NCBI GenBank assembly: GCA_023334545.1
Contig: JAADVB010000083.1
Coordinates: 1-64,000, forward strand
Direction: 5' to 3'
From: Salisapilia sapeloensis CBS 127946
Taxonomy: Eukaryota; Protista; Oomycota
Length of the DNA stretch: 64,000 nucleotides
Shown: in pieces, positions 21,941-32,182 of the stretch
How positions within the stretch are numbered: position 1 is the first letter of the stretch
Layout: every line of letters begins with the position of its first letter
Translations under genes and position numbers: made by a program
The notes under the pieces: model-generated
The model's input: only the letters and a program-made list of their open reading frames with translations
Database searches by the model: none
Told to the model about the DNA's origin: nothing

Positions 21941-24763
21941 TCACTCTCGAGGCGTCGTGTACGTCTGTCGGACTTGGGCCACCCAGTCTTCCACAGCTTC
22001 AAGCGAGAACAAGTCTAGTTCCTCGTCTTTCTCCTTCTCCTGCACGATCGCGTCCCACTTGGCACGCATCGTGACGTTCGCGAGTTGTTTAAATTCTTCA
22101 ATTAAAGCATCAAAGTCTTGACGTCCTTCCGACATGGCTCCCTGTCGTTCCATCCACAAGACAAACACATTCGATTGCTTCCCCACCAACGCTCGTTCGT
22201 AGCGAGAACAGTCATGTGCAATCGTACCTTCCCACTCTAAGTACTCTCCGATCTGGTGGAGATAGTGAAGTCTCGACGGCGTTAACACGTCCGTCGGTAG
22301 TGACAACGAGTCAATAAGAAGCAGCATCGTAGCTTGCCATCGCTTCGCAAGCAGCTGCAAGCTCGCGACCATCTCGTCTTCTGCGCCTGCAACCTTTTGC
22401 GCCAAAGCTTGAGATTCCAAGATCGTACGCAGGAGCTTGCGTTGCTCCGACACAAGCGCCTCTCGGAGTTTCGTGTGTGGGACGTCCTGCTCAATATGGT
22501 AGTGGAGCACTTGCCACAAAGCCAAGACAAGCGGCAGACCAGTCGCGAGAAGCTCATCTGACGGAGGTAGCTCCATCAAGAGCGCTCGACTACGCGTCGG
22601 GTCTTCATGCGCCACGACACTCGATAGGAATTTGCGCGCTTCTTCCGGACGCACCTCCAACAACCGGTACGACAAGATGTTAATGAGTACCGACAGCAAT
22701 TGGAGTTTGTTCTGGAGCGCTAGATTCGCGCGAGACGTGACGTCTTGCTCGTCCGATGCAATGATCCGACGCATAGGCGCCAATACCGAGAAGATGTTGC
22801 CGAGACGAGCGTACCCTTTGTCTCCAAGCAATTGCTGTCGAATCAAATCGTTCACCTTGCCTTCCGTCTGCGGCGTAATGGCGATAAACTGCGGGTGGCT
22901 GTGCATGGCTTCGAATGCCAGGTTTAGACTCACCACGTCATCTAGGTGCGGCACAGGCAGCTCGACGTAGAACATGGATGGACGATGGACGTTCACGGGC
23001 GATCGAGGTGGAGATGTGCTTCGAATCTCCGAGAACACTGCGTGGGCAGACAAGTACTCTTTCGCAGTCTCCATGTTCACTCGACTGCGGCCGTTCATGT
23101 ACGTACAGACTTCGGCCACGAGTTCACTTGAGGCACCAGCCGCGACGGCAATGTTACGTGCGTGGAGAGCCATGTGACCCTTTTGGATGCCCGTGACGGC
23201 AATCGCGCGCATGGCAGCAAAGTTTTGTGCCAGACCGACCGAAACGAGAATGCCACTGAGCTGTCGCGCGGTCGGGTACTTGAGAATGGCACGTGTGGAG
23301 GCGTAGCCAGGGTGTGTGAGAAGAGCACCACCCTTGGATCCGACAGAGAGAGGTAACTCCAGACTACCGCGGAAGACCTTGCCATTATCCGTGTCGACGA
23401 CTTCGTAGTGCGACAGACTCGCGTACTGTCCCGAGCGACTGGCGTAGCAGTGCGCAGCGGCTTCAATGGCTCGCCAGTCCTGTCCAGATGCCAAGGCCGC
23501 AGCGTCGACGCCATTCATGATACCCTTGTTGTTCGTGACGGCACGGAATGGGTCGATGGCGGCAAAATTGTAGGCTTCGAGCATCTTGCTGGCCACTTCT
23601 TCGCCGCTTACGCCCTTCCATCCGAGCTTCGAGAGCGGGATCTCGAACGATGCACGGGCTCGACGCTGCATACACAAGTTGGTGAGGATACGAAGACCTG
23701 CGCGGCCATTGGTGAGACGGCAGATCTCATCCGACAGACCTTCCGCCACAGTGTTCACGATGTTAGCACCCATGGCTTCACACACATCGACGTCGATGTG
23801 CACGACGAGGTAATTCGTCTCCTTGGACGTTGGTGTGATACTGATTTCATCGTCACACGGAGTATACCAAGCGTTCTTCCTGGACGGAAGGTCCGATGCC
23901 TTTACGAGACGGCAGTAGACGTCGACGACACCACCATGACGTTTGGCCATGTTCGGACATAGATTCACATTTGCATACTTCATGAGACTTTGTTTGTTGC
24001 TTTCAATCGCTTCCATCGCGAACGGGATGTCTGGTACGTCGACGAGTTGAATCTGAGACGTCATGACATTGCCAGTGGTAGCTGTGCTGAAGCCACCGCC
24101 ATGGGCAGCCACGAGTTTCGCGGCACTGGAGGCAGCAGCAACGACAGAAGGCTCTTCCACTGCCATGGGAACAGACAGAGCCTTGCCATCGATGACAAAG
24201 TTCAGGCCGAGACCGAGCGGTAGTCCGAGGACGCCGACACAATTCTCGACCATGAGATTGGCTTCACGCAACGGCAAGTCGCCGAGCTTGGATGTCGAGT
24301 CTGAGCTCTCTGGCTCCGATGGCTGGATGCGCTGGAGATTCGGGTACATGAGCGACAGCACGTCGAAGCGCTCTCGCAGCGTCTTGCTGTAGAATCCAGA
24401 CCAAATAGATGGCTGGGACGTTGTGGCTGGCTTGCTCTCTTCGCCAAAGTTGACGTCGTCGTCGGATTCATGTTGCGTTGGTGTGAGCGTTTCGAAGCGC
24501 TTGGTCGGAAGCGCGTCGGTTTGCTGTGGGACGGACGAGTCATTGAGTGTGTGCACGAGCTCCGTCAGTTCGTGGAGCTTGGTCTGTGTTGATGGCAGCA
24601 GCGTCTCTTGGCGCTCTCGAGCCACTTGCAGCAGCTTGTGTGCCGACTGCAATTGCTCCAGCGCCGAGTCGAGCGTAGCGGCGAGTTGATCGACCGAGTT
24701 GTACGTAACTGCAGACGCATCATGGGTCGTGTCGTTCTCGTTGAAATCAGACTTGGCAGTCAT
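21941..24763 (-). CDS. mvaA: Class II (bacterial-type) HMG-CoA reductase with N-terminal coiled coil and ~360-aa C-terminal helical extension (940 aa, intronless)
   Basis: MVENCVG, VPMAVEEPSVVAAAS (catalytic Glu), EAMGANIVNT, DPFRAVTNNKGIMNGVDA (Lys), GQDWRAIEA (Asp) and GIQKGHMALHARN (His) are class II signatures. No membrane/sterol-sensing domain. Confidence 0.93.
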   Translation of the reverse strand: MTAKSDFNENDTTHDASAVTYNSVDQLAATLDSALEQLQSAHKLLQVARERQETLLPSTQTKLHELTELVHTLNDSSVPQQTDALPTKRFETLTPTQHESDDDVNFGEESKPATTSQPSIWSGFYSKTLRERFDVLSLMYPNLQRIQPSEPESSDSTSKLGDLPLREANLMVENCVGVLGLPLGLGLNFVIDGKALSVPMAVEEPSVVAAASSAAKLVAAHGGGFSTATTGNVMTSQIQLVDVPDIPFAMEAIESNKQSLMKYANVNLCPNMAKRHGGVVDVYCRLVKASDLPSRKNAWYTPCDDEISITPTSKETNYLVVHIDVDVCEAMGANIVNTVAEGLSDEICRLTNGRAGLRILTNLCMQRRARASFEIPLSKLGWKGVSGEEVASKMLEAYNFAAIDPFRAVTNNKGIMNGVDAAALASGQDWRAIEAAAHCYASRSGQYASLSHYEVVDTDNGKVFRGSLELPLSVGSKGGALLTHPGYASTRAILKYPTARQLSGILVSVGLAQNFAAMRAIAVTGIQKGHMALHARNIAVAAGASSELVAEVCTYMNGRSRVNMETAKEYLSAHAVFSEIRSTSPPRSPVNVHRPSMFYVELPVPHLDDVVSLNLAFEAMHSHPQFIAITPQTEGKVNDLIRQQLLGDKGYARLGNIFSVLAPMRRIIASDEQDVTSRANLALQNKLQLLSVLINILSYRLLEVRPEEARKFLSSVVAHEDPTRSRALLMELPPSDELLATGLPLVLALWQVLHYHIEQDVPHTKLREALVSEQRKLLRTILESQALAQKVAGAEDEMVASLQLLAKRWQATMLLLIDSLSLPTDVLTPSRLHYLHQIGEYLEWEGTIAHDCSRYERALVGKQSNVFVLWMERQGAMSEGRQDFDALIEEFKQLANVTMRAKWDAIVQEKEKDEELDLFSLEAVEDWVAQVRQTYTTPRE

Positions 24764-25131
24764 GGCTTGTCCGATCTACTGACGATTGGAAAATGAAGCT
24801 GACGAGCGGTCACTAGCCGAGCGATGTACGAGGGATGAGACAGTCGTCTTATTGTGCCCAAGAGATACCGAGCCGGAATAAGAAACTCAAAGGGTAATGG
24901 GCGCGTATAAACGTCTTCCCTCGAGTCACGTCAATACGAATACAAGTAGAGGAGGAAGATAGGCAAGGATGCACACAACGTTGCGAATCGAGTATGTCTG
25001 CCGCCGTCCGATCCGTTCGATTCGAGTAGCCTATTTTACGTCTATGCGATGTTTCGACTGAGAGGAATACATTCATTTTGATAACATTCTAGCCCATATC
25101 GCTGCCCTGTCTATTTTACGCAACGAATACT

Positions 25132-28100
25132 TCAGTCCCAATCGCCATCCTCTTCATATATGTCTTCGACATTAATGGATTCCGGTCGAGGTGTCCGTGG
25201 AGGCTCATAGTCCTCGTAAAGAGCGGTCTCCGCCGTTGTCGATTGGATGGCGTCAGTGTCAGACATTGGCAATGGACGATCCAATGCATATCCATGGGGA
25301 AGGATATGTGATAGTGTCCCTTCGTGCTCTACTTCTGACTCGACACAGATGTGCTTCCAAGTGTCGACAGCTAGCACTACATTGTGTCGCAAGGTACTTT
25401 GGAGCTCCAGCTTCATGTCTTCGTCAACTTCTTGATGGATTGGACCTGCCGACTGAAGCATGGCGTGCCAGTAGTTTGGTACCGCGAGTGCGTTCGTAAT
25501 GGGCTAGTTGCAAGTTAACATGAGAACCTAAATAATTGAAGGCAAATGCAAAGGATATCGTACTTGAGCTCTGGGCAGCACGTCGAGCAAGCTGTCCGTA
25601 TCCTCTGGTGTCTTCAATAGGTCGACCCGAAGAAACTGTACCATGCCGAGTTAGTCTTTACGTCCAAAGTAGTCTAGAAAGCATCCTACCTCTGTACCCG
25701 GTATCGGTAACGTCAAAGTACCGGTAATAAATTGAACGAGCTGACGTTTACGCTTCGGCGTAAAACCTTTCACGACGTGCCAAAAAGCATCATGTAATGG
25801 AGACTGGACAAACGCAGGATCGAGTGACAGCTGGAAGATGTGGTCAAACGCAAAGTCCTCATCCATGGTATACTTGGTGGTTCCACAAAGTACGAATTGC
25901 AAGTCTTTCGCAGACATACTAGCTTGACGGAGTGCAGTCGTCGAAATGACCGAGTGGAAACCATTTCGTAGCTGCCGGAATTGCCAAGATAAGTTGTCTC
26001 GAGTACCGAATTTCATATCAATTTGGTATCGACAATAGTCCGATACAGACATGTCAGCATTGAGCCCGCTACCTAATAGCATTTGTTGGACATCCTTATC
26101 ATCCATATCATGCAGACTTTTCCAGGACTTGGCTAATTGGTAATCAAATTCCTCCGCTTCTCTCATGCCAATTTCCACATTCTCGTCCAAGAGCATATCA
26201 AAGAAGAGATTTGGAAGAGATATGTCTACAGTAGTATGATGGGTCACAGCCTGTGCTATCCACCACCCTATAAACCATAAAGCTCGTTCATTCGCGTCGT
26301 TGGTCGCTGTGTCAGGATTGAGCCAATACCAGTCAGACGTTTGAGTAGGGCGCAAGTATGCGTGCTGAGGTTTCATAAAGTGGACATGAGAGACTGGCAG
26401 TTCTTGTGTCGCAGAACTCGCATCTAGTAGCCACCTGTCTCCATCTTTTGCCTTGAGAACACACTCACATGCATTATCCTGACTATCCTTCCATTCTACT
26501 TTCCATCCAGACTGAAGAGTATTATCTTTAATAGTCAAGTGGCCGTCCTCGATCTTGATCGTATTCCTAGCGTCAAGCTCAAGTTTTGCCTCCGTCCACT
26601 CGGTTGAGACACAAGTTGCGATAATTTCAAACCACTCTTTTATCCTTCTTCTACTTTTTCCATCATTGTCGTCCGATTCCTTTACATTTTCTTCACAAAC
26701 AAAGGTAGGACTAAGCGTGACCAGCCCAGTTGTCAGTGTTGTAGAGCCAAACGCTTCAACAACACTTTCAATACTACTTGATAAAGCATTCGACCGATCA
26801 CACAGAATCTTCCGATTTAAAGAAACCTCTCCTTCACTATTTGTCTCGGTTACCACCTTCATATCAGCAACTAGCATCAAAGCCCTGCATGCTGGATCAA
26901 GAAGGAACTTCATGTCATCGAGATCGCCTACGAGCGGAGCAACAATGTGTTTGATGAGTTTCCAATCCTCTGCCAACTTGTTACGAGGTTCATTCGTAAG
27001 GTAGGGATAGTAGAGGTAGACGAGTCTTGTCAGTCCATGCGAGGTTAGTTGACTGGTATCCCTGGACTCATCTAACGTCTTATCAACAGCATACAGACTG
27101 GCCATTAATTTTGCTGTACGTAGCAACACTTCCAAGGTCGACTTATGCATTGATTCGTGAAGAGTAAATAGCGTCTTCGTCTCCAGATCCTCCATATGAA
27201 GCTCTGATACAAGGGAAGTCATATCTCGTAACCGCGAGACAATTTCCTTCGCTACATAGGAACACCCGATATCAAGTACTTCAGCGCACTCTCTCCATGC
27301 TGCTTGAGTAAAACTAATTCGGCGTGCCGCATCGTCGAACAGCATCTTACTCAATGACGAATTGTCATCCAGGTCAAGGGAAAACAGAGACCATATAAAA
27401 GACCCTTGCAGCGTATCGGATAGATCTCCATTACTTTGAAGACATTGTCCTATCTCGTGCCTAGATTTCCAATGTCTCATTGTATCGAGATCGGTAACAA
27501 AATCCTCAGCAATGTTAGATGAGGGCGATAATTTATTCATGAGGTCAATAAGTTGCTTCATAGGGTTCTCATCCGATTCCTGAACTTGTATCGCTGACTC
27601 CTTTTCCACATTGTAAGTCTCGTCGGAATTGCTGTCAACATCTTTTGGAGGTAAGTTACTAGATGGCTGGGTGTTTCCGTCTTCGGACCTTGTCGACAGT
27701 ACATCATTATTGTCCTCCTCGAAGCTTTCTGCATAGTCTGCATTCTCCTCCTCATGCGTATTAGCTGCAGAATGTGGGCGAGTATCAGCAGTACTAGGTT
27801 CTTGGACCTCCAAGTCTGATTGCAATCTTTCGCTTTTTGGAGACAGTGAATCACTCCGTTTACCACTATTCTGAATATCTAAACCCTCTTCTTGACCTAT
27901 CTGGCCGGCTCCAGCTTCGAACCTGGCAGCGGAATTTACATTAACTCTATTTTCCTCATCAAGGTTGACATTATTACTCTCGCTTCTGGTGGACATTAAA
28001 TTATTCTCGAATATCGATTGTTCAACGTGCTCATCTTGCTCACTTTCCATTATTTCGATGCCTTCTTCTTTGTCTTCGACTATCATGCTTGGCGCATCCA

Positions 28101-30977
28101 AAGTACTTGCATGTGCTGGGTGAGACATCTCACTCAATCTTGTATGGTCTCTTTCATCGCTATATGATGAATGCTCTGTAGGAACATGCTCAACGCTTTC
28201 AACGTCTTCTTTTGAATCACTTTCATAAGACGCGTTAGCGACATTAGCATCATCTTCAGCTTTTTGTTCATCTTCTATCCTGGACAAAGCAATTGCTTCA
28301 TGAGTGGCAGCTTCGGGAGGCACAATGCTAGTAACTTCGCTCTCAGCTTCTTCTTCACTTTCAAACCCGTCGTCATATACCTCACTTCGATTGGTTACGG
28401 GTAAAGATTTATCAGCTGTGTAAACAGGCTCCTGGGTGTTCACATCGTCACTTTGATCGCTATAGTACTTTTCATCATTTTCCTCGTCTGTCAATGGAGC
28501 ATCAGTAACTTTATCTTGGTTAGCAGTTACTGCAGACATAGGTGTAGATCTGCCTGAAAATGGCGTATCTAACCGATAGCTAGCATTCCCAGGTGCATCT
28601 TGAAATATTTCATTTGGCTCGATAGGCTGAGAAGGTGTCTTTGACTCTGGTTTAATATCATTCAAACTCGAGCCGGCTTCTGTATCGTTCTGATCTGGCT
28701 CACTCTGTTCCTCATCACTTCTTTCAAATTTATCATTGTACACTTCACTTCGATAAGTGGACTGCAGTGGTGTCTGTGTTTTCAGTTCATCTTCATTCAA
28801 ACCTAAACTAGCTTTTCCATCGTCACTATCATGTTCTCTCTTTTCCTCGTCACTCCTTTCGAATTGGTCATCGTACAGTTCGCTTCGATGCGTAGGCTGA
28901 AGAGGTGTCTGTACTACAGACTCGTTCCCTATAATTTCCAAGTCAGCTTCTCCATCGTCACAATCGTGATGATTGCCTCCGTCGTCACTCCTTTCATATT
29001 GAGCATCGTACGTTTCGCTTCGATGAGAAGCGTGAGGAGGTGTCTGGACTAGTGGTTCATTTTCATTCATGCTCGAATCAGGTTCTTCGTTGTCATGCCC
29101 ATGTTCGCTCTTTTCCTCCTCACTTCTCTCAAACTGGTCATCATAAAGTTCACTTCGATGAGTAGCGTGAAGAGGTATTTGTACTACCGATTCATCGCCT
29201 TTTAAATTTAACTCAACTTCTTTTTCATGGATATTGCGCTCGTCGCTTCCATTTCCATGTCGTTCCTCTTCTGGTAATCTTGGCCTTGCTGTTTGCTTAT
29301 TGCTAGTAGCAGTCACAGAGCTTCGGGCGGACAGCGAGTCCATCTTTTCGGAAGAATAGTCATCGCTTTCAAAACCATCATCATAGACTTCAGTATGTGA
29401 TGTAGACGGAATTGGTGTGGTAACTTTTAACTTGGCATCCTGGACTTTGCAAATCTCGTCCTCCTCATTTCCAGTCATTTCTGCTTGTAAAATTTTAATA
29501 TCCTCACGCCTTTTATTCAAGTTACCATTTCCACTTGACTTTAGAGTAGACTCAGTCTTCTTATCATGCAATGAAGACGTAGCAGCTGTAGTAAGGCTAT
29601 CGTTCGCTGCACTGAGATGGAAGTTACCACGACCTGTCAAATTTTCGTTGCTAGCACATCCGGGAATCCTACTCTGATACATCTGATCTTGATCTTCATT
29701 TTCATTTAGCACGTATTCCCCAGTTATAAGAATTTCTTCTTGCCTACTACTTGATGTTATTTTCTCCTTCGAATGATCATCAACCACCGTCATATCTGCA
29801 TTCGATAGCGTCTCAAAAGATTTCGGCTCCGCAGTGTAATCATTGTTATTCTCACGTTGCTTTGTCAGTTCCAGCATCTCGGCTATAATTGACTGAGCGG
29901 TTAGTACTCGCTCCAGTTTCTGTCCTGGTCGAAGGACCAACGGGTTCTCTAGTGAAAAGCAAGGGAGGTCCACTCCGCGAGCACGTAGCTCTGGTCCAGC
30001 AAAGTCCAGGTCATTGTACATTTTCACAAAGTAGTTTTGACCTCTCCATAGAAATGGAGGAGGTCTTGGTAATTCTCGTCCTGCCTCTAGCATCCATTCA
30101 ACAATGGCTTCCACTACCTGTATGCCTTTTACTTGAAGTTCCTCCGCCAAAGCCTGCGCCATCCTCGTTGCTTCTCGGGTATTGTTTAGCATTGCCCCAC
30201 TGCCAACTTTCCTCTTCGAAGCGGATTCTAATGGAGCTGGCGCTACTCGCCGTCGGTACTGTTCATCACGAGCCTTTGTCGGCGCAGCTTCTGCCGGACG
30301 AGAAGGAATGAGAAGAGGGTCCTGAACTGGAGTGCATAAGATCAACGCGTTCAGTTGGTAAATTAGCGTTTCACGGTCATCTATCGCCTTAAAAACCTTC
30401 AGTCGTAGCTTCTCTTCTCGCTTCACAAGAGTATTCGTATGCTACACGCAGCAGAGGATGTCAATCGATATATCATTGATAGCGCTGGTCTAGTTGATAC
30501 CTCAGATCGTTTCGTTGGAGACCCCAGTGGTGCAAGTCGACGCTCACTCCCAGGACGTCTTGGAGTTACCATTCTTCTAGTACCATGCTTTTTACCTTTT
30601 CATATTGTTAGATGTGGCGCTAATTGATGTGTATCGGAATGACAGATACCGTATTGCGTTCTTTCATTGCGAATTTTCAGCTCCTTCTGTCGTTGAAGAG
30701 CAGCACGGTTTGGACTTAATGAAGGCTCAGCCATCGTCCTAGGTGGATGCTTATTCGAGATGCGAGGAGGTTCGTACGTAAATCGATTATCCCAAGCTAA
30801 TTCTCGTTGTCGCATTTCCTCACTAGAAGGTTTGATCATTTGTGCTAATCGAGCATTTCGAATGAATTGTGCTTTCCGACTAAGCTTCTTGGGACTACGT
30901 CGGTTTGGAGATGTGGTTCCAGCTACGGGCTGGCGTGGTTTGTGCCGAGGTAGATAGTCTTGCTCATTTGAAGACAT
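25132..30977 (-). CDS. Large acidic protein with a C-terminal HECT-like domain (probably catalytically dead), multi-exon with a ~4.7-kb central exon
   Basis: ORF 25651-30426 (1591 aa) plus upstream exons to ATG 30977 and downstream exons via introns 25636-25689 and 25504-25563. HECT-like motifs WFIGWWIAQAV, FRQLRNGFHSVI, DLQFVLCG, FWHVVKGFTPKRKRQLVQFITGTLTLP, LPRAQ|PITNALAVPNYW. Upstream exon joins are approximate. Confidence 0.75.
28654..29193 (-). repeat. Coding tandem repeat: 4 x 135 bp (45 aa) inside the HECT-like gene
   Basis: Units start at 29193, 29058, 28923 and 28788: ESVVQIPLHATHRSELYDDQFERS.., EPLVQTPPHASHRSETYDAQYERS.., ESVVQTPLQPTHRSELYDDQFERS.., ELKTQTPLQSTYRSEVYNDKFERS.. Confidence 0.9.
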
Positions 30978-31194
30978 GACTCGAATGCTACTTGGAGCCT
31001 CTTAGCCTAAGCGTATACGAAAATGTTGAAACGCATATAGCCTAGAAGATGAAACGCACCGCTATGGTTCAACGTACTGTACAAACAAGTCGGGTAGAGA
31101 TTACCGTGTTATCAGATAACGCCTACTACATGTCTCGATGGCCAGCGCTAAGCCTCTCATCTACTATCACCAAGTTGTCCAGTAACTTGGGAAA

Positions 31195-32147
31195 TTACTT
31201 GTCGGACCGTTTGGAAACAGAGTCATCATCGGTCGAAGTGTTCATGTAGAACCCACTCGTTCCAAGTAAAACGAGCCACAGTCCGGTCGAATGGTACATC
31301 CGAAGTGATGACAAATGCAGCTTTAGTTTCGTTCGGCCTGATTTCACGACAGCACCTTGCTCATTCGAGCAGCCTTCACACTGCGGATAGAATCGAAATG
31401 TAAGCTTCCTGCCTGTCAGTCTCCTCCACATACTTTTATTCACACGCTCCGCCACGCTGATGGTAGAAAATGGGTTAGATGGTGTATAGTGTATCAAGAA
31501 GAGAATGATTACAGTTTAGGAGGCATGTGATCCGCATGGTAGCGAACGCCGCGTTTAACTCCACAAGTGTGGCAGCCGAATAACCTGCCAAACTCTTGGA
31601 CAATGCCTCGCTCAACACTAGTCGCATACTCTTCCGTAGCTGGCAGTGATGCCTTTTTGAGATGAAAAGCGCCGAGGTTGGCAAAGTTACTCGGTGCCAA
31701 GGATGAAAATCTACCACCTAAGATTCGAAAACAGAGTACACCAATCGCCATGTAGGCAGGATACGGTGCGTCTGGCAAGTCTTCCCACCGTGCTTTGAAC
31801 CTAGAGCGGCCATACTCCATCAAATCAGCTATTGACATGGACGAATTGGACCACTCGTGCGCGAGCTCCCTCGGCGTCGACGCAAAGTGGATTGCTGCGG
31901 TAGATGAAGCACACACTGCAGCTAGTCCTAATGCTTTGGGGATGATCAACGTGGAAGCACCGACATAAATCGCCTTTTGCACAAGCTGCATGGTTGCTGT
32001 GCCTGTCACAAAGATAACGCCACCCGATACGGCGTCGGCTGCATGCGCCCCGAGACTGGAGTAAAATGCTAGAGCACGGTCACCTTTGAGCTTGTCCTCT
32101 AGTCTCTCTAATGGCGACTTGGGCTTCTTCGGACTCCATCCCCACAT
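31195..32147 (-). CDS. Membrane-associated protein with an HNH/EndoVII-like (treble-clef) Zn-nuclease motif, 2 exons
   Basis: First ATG at 32147 (MWGWSPKKPK; the track start is a GTG). Hydrophobic N-terminal segments, then FGCHTCG...YHADHMPPKL|VAERVN...FRFYPQCEGCSNEQG, then hydrophobic GLWLVLLG. Intron 31457-31512 (GT..CTAAC..AG, 56 nt). Confidence 0.8.
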
Positions 32148-32182
32148 TTTGGACACGAAAAAGTACTAATAATAGCTTCGAG

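Noticed and set aside
22282-24796. Numerous antisense and alternative-frame ORFs over the HMG-CoA reductase gene
   Set aside because: Same codon-bias artefact; Arg/Ser-rich, non-protein-like translations.
25011-25030. GTTCGATTC T-loop-like motif suggesting a tRNA
   Set aside because: The flanking T-stem pairs poorly, and I found no acceptor stem, D-arm or anticodon arm.
28654-29193. Regularly spaced repeats considered as a CRISPR-like array
   Set aside because: Whole 135-bp units are similar and in frame within a CDS; there is no invariant repeat with unique spacers and no cas genes.
31049-31249. Short plus-strand ORF in the HECT/HNH intergenic region
   Set aside because: It overlaps the 3' end of the HNH gene in antisense and has no protein-like features.
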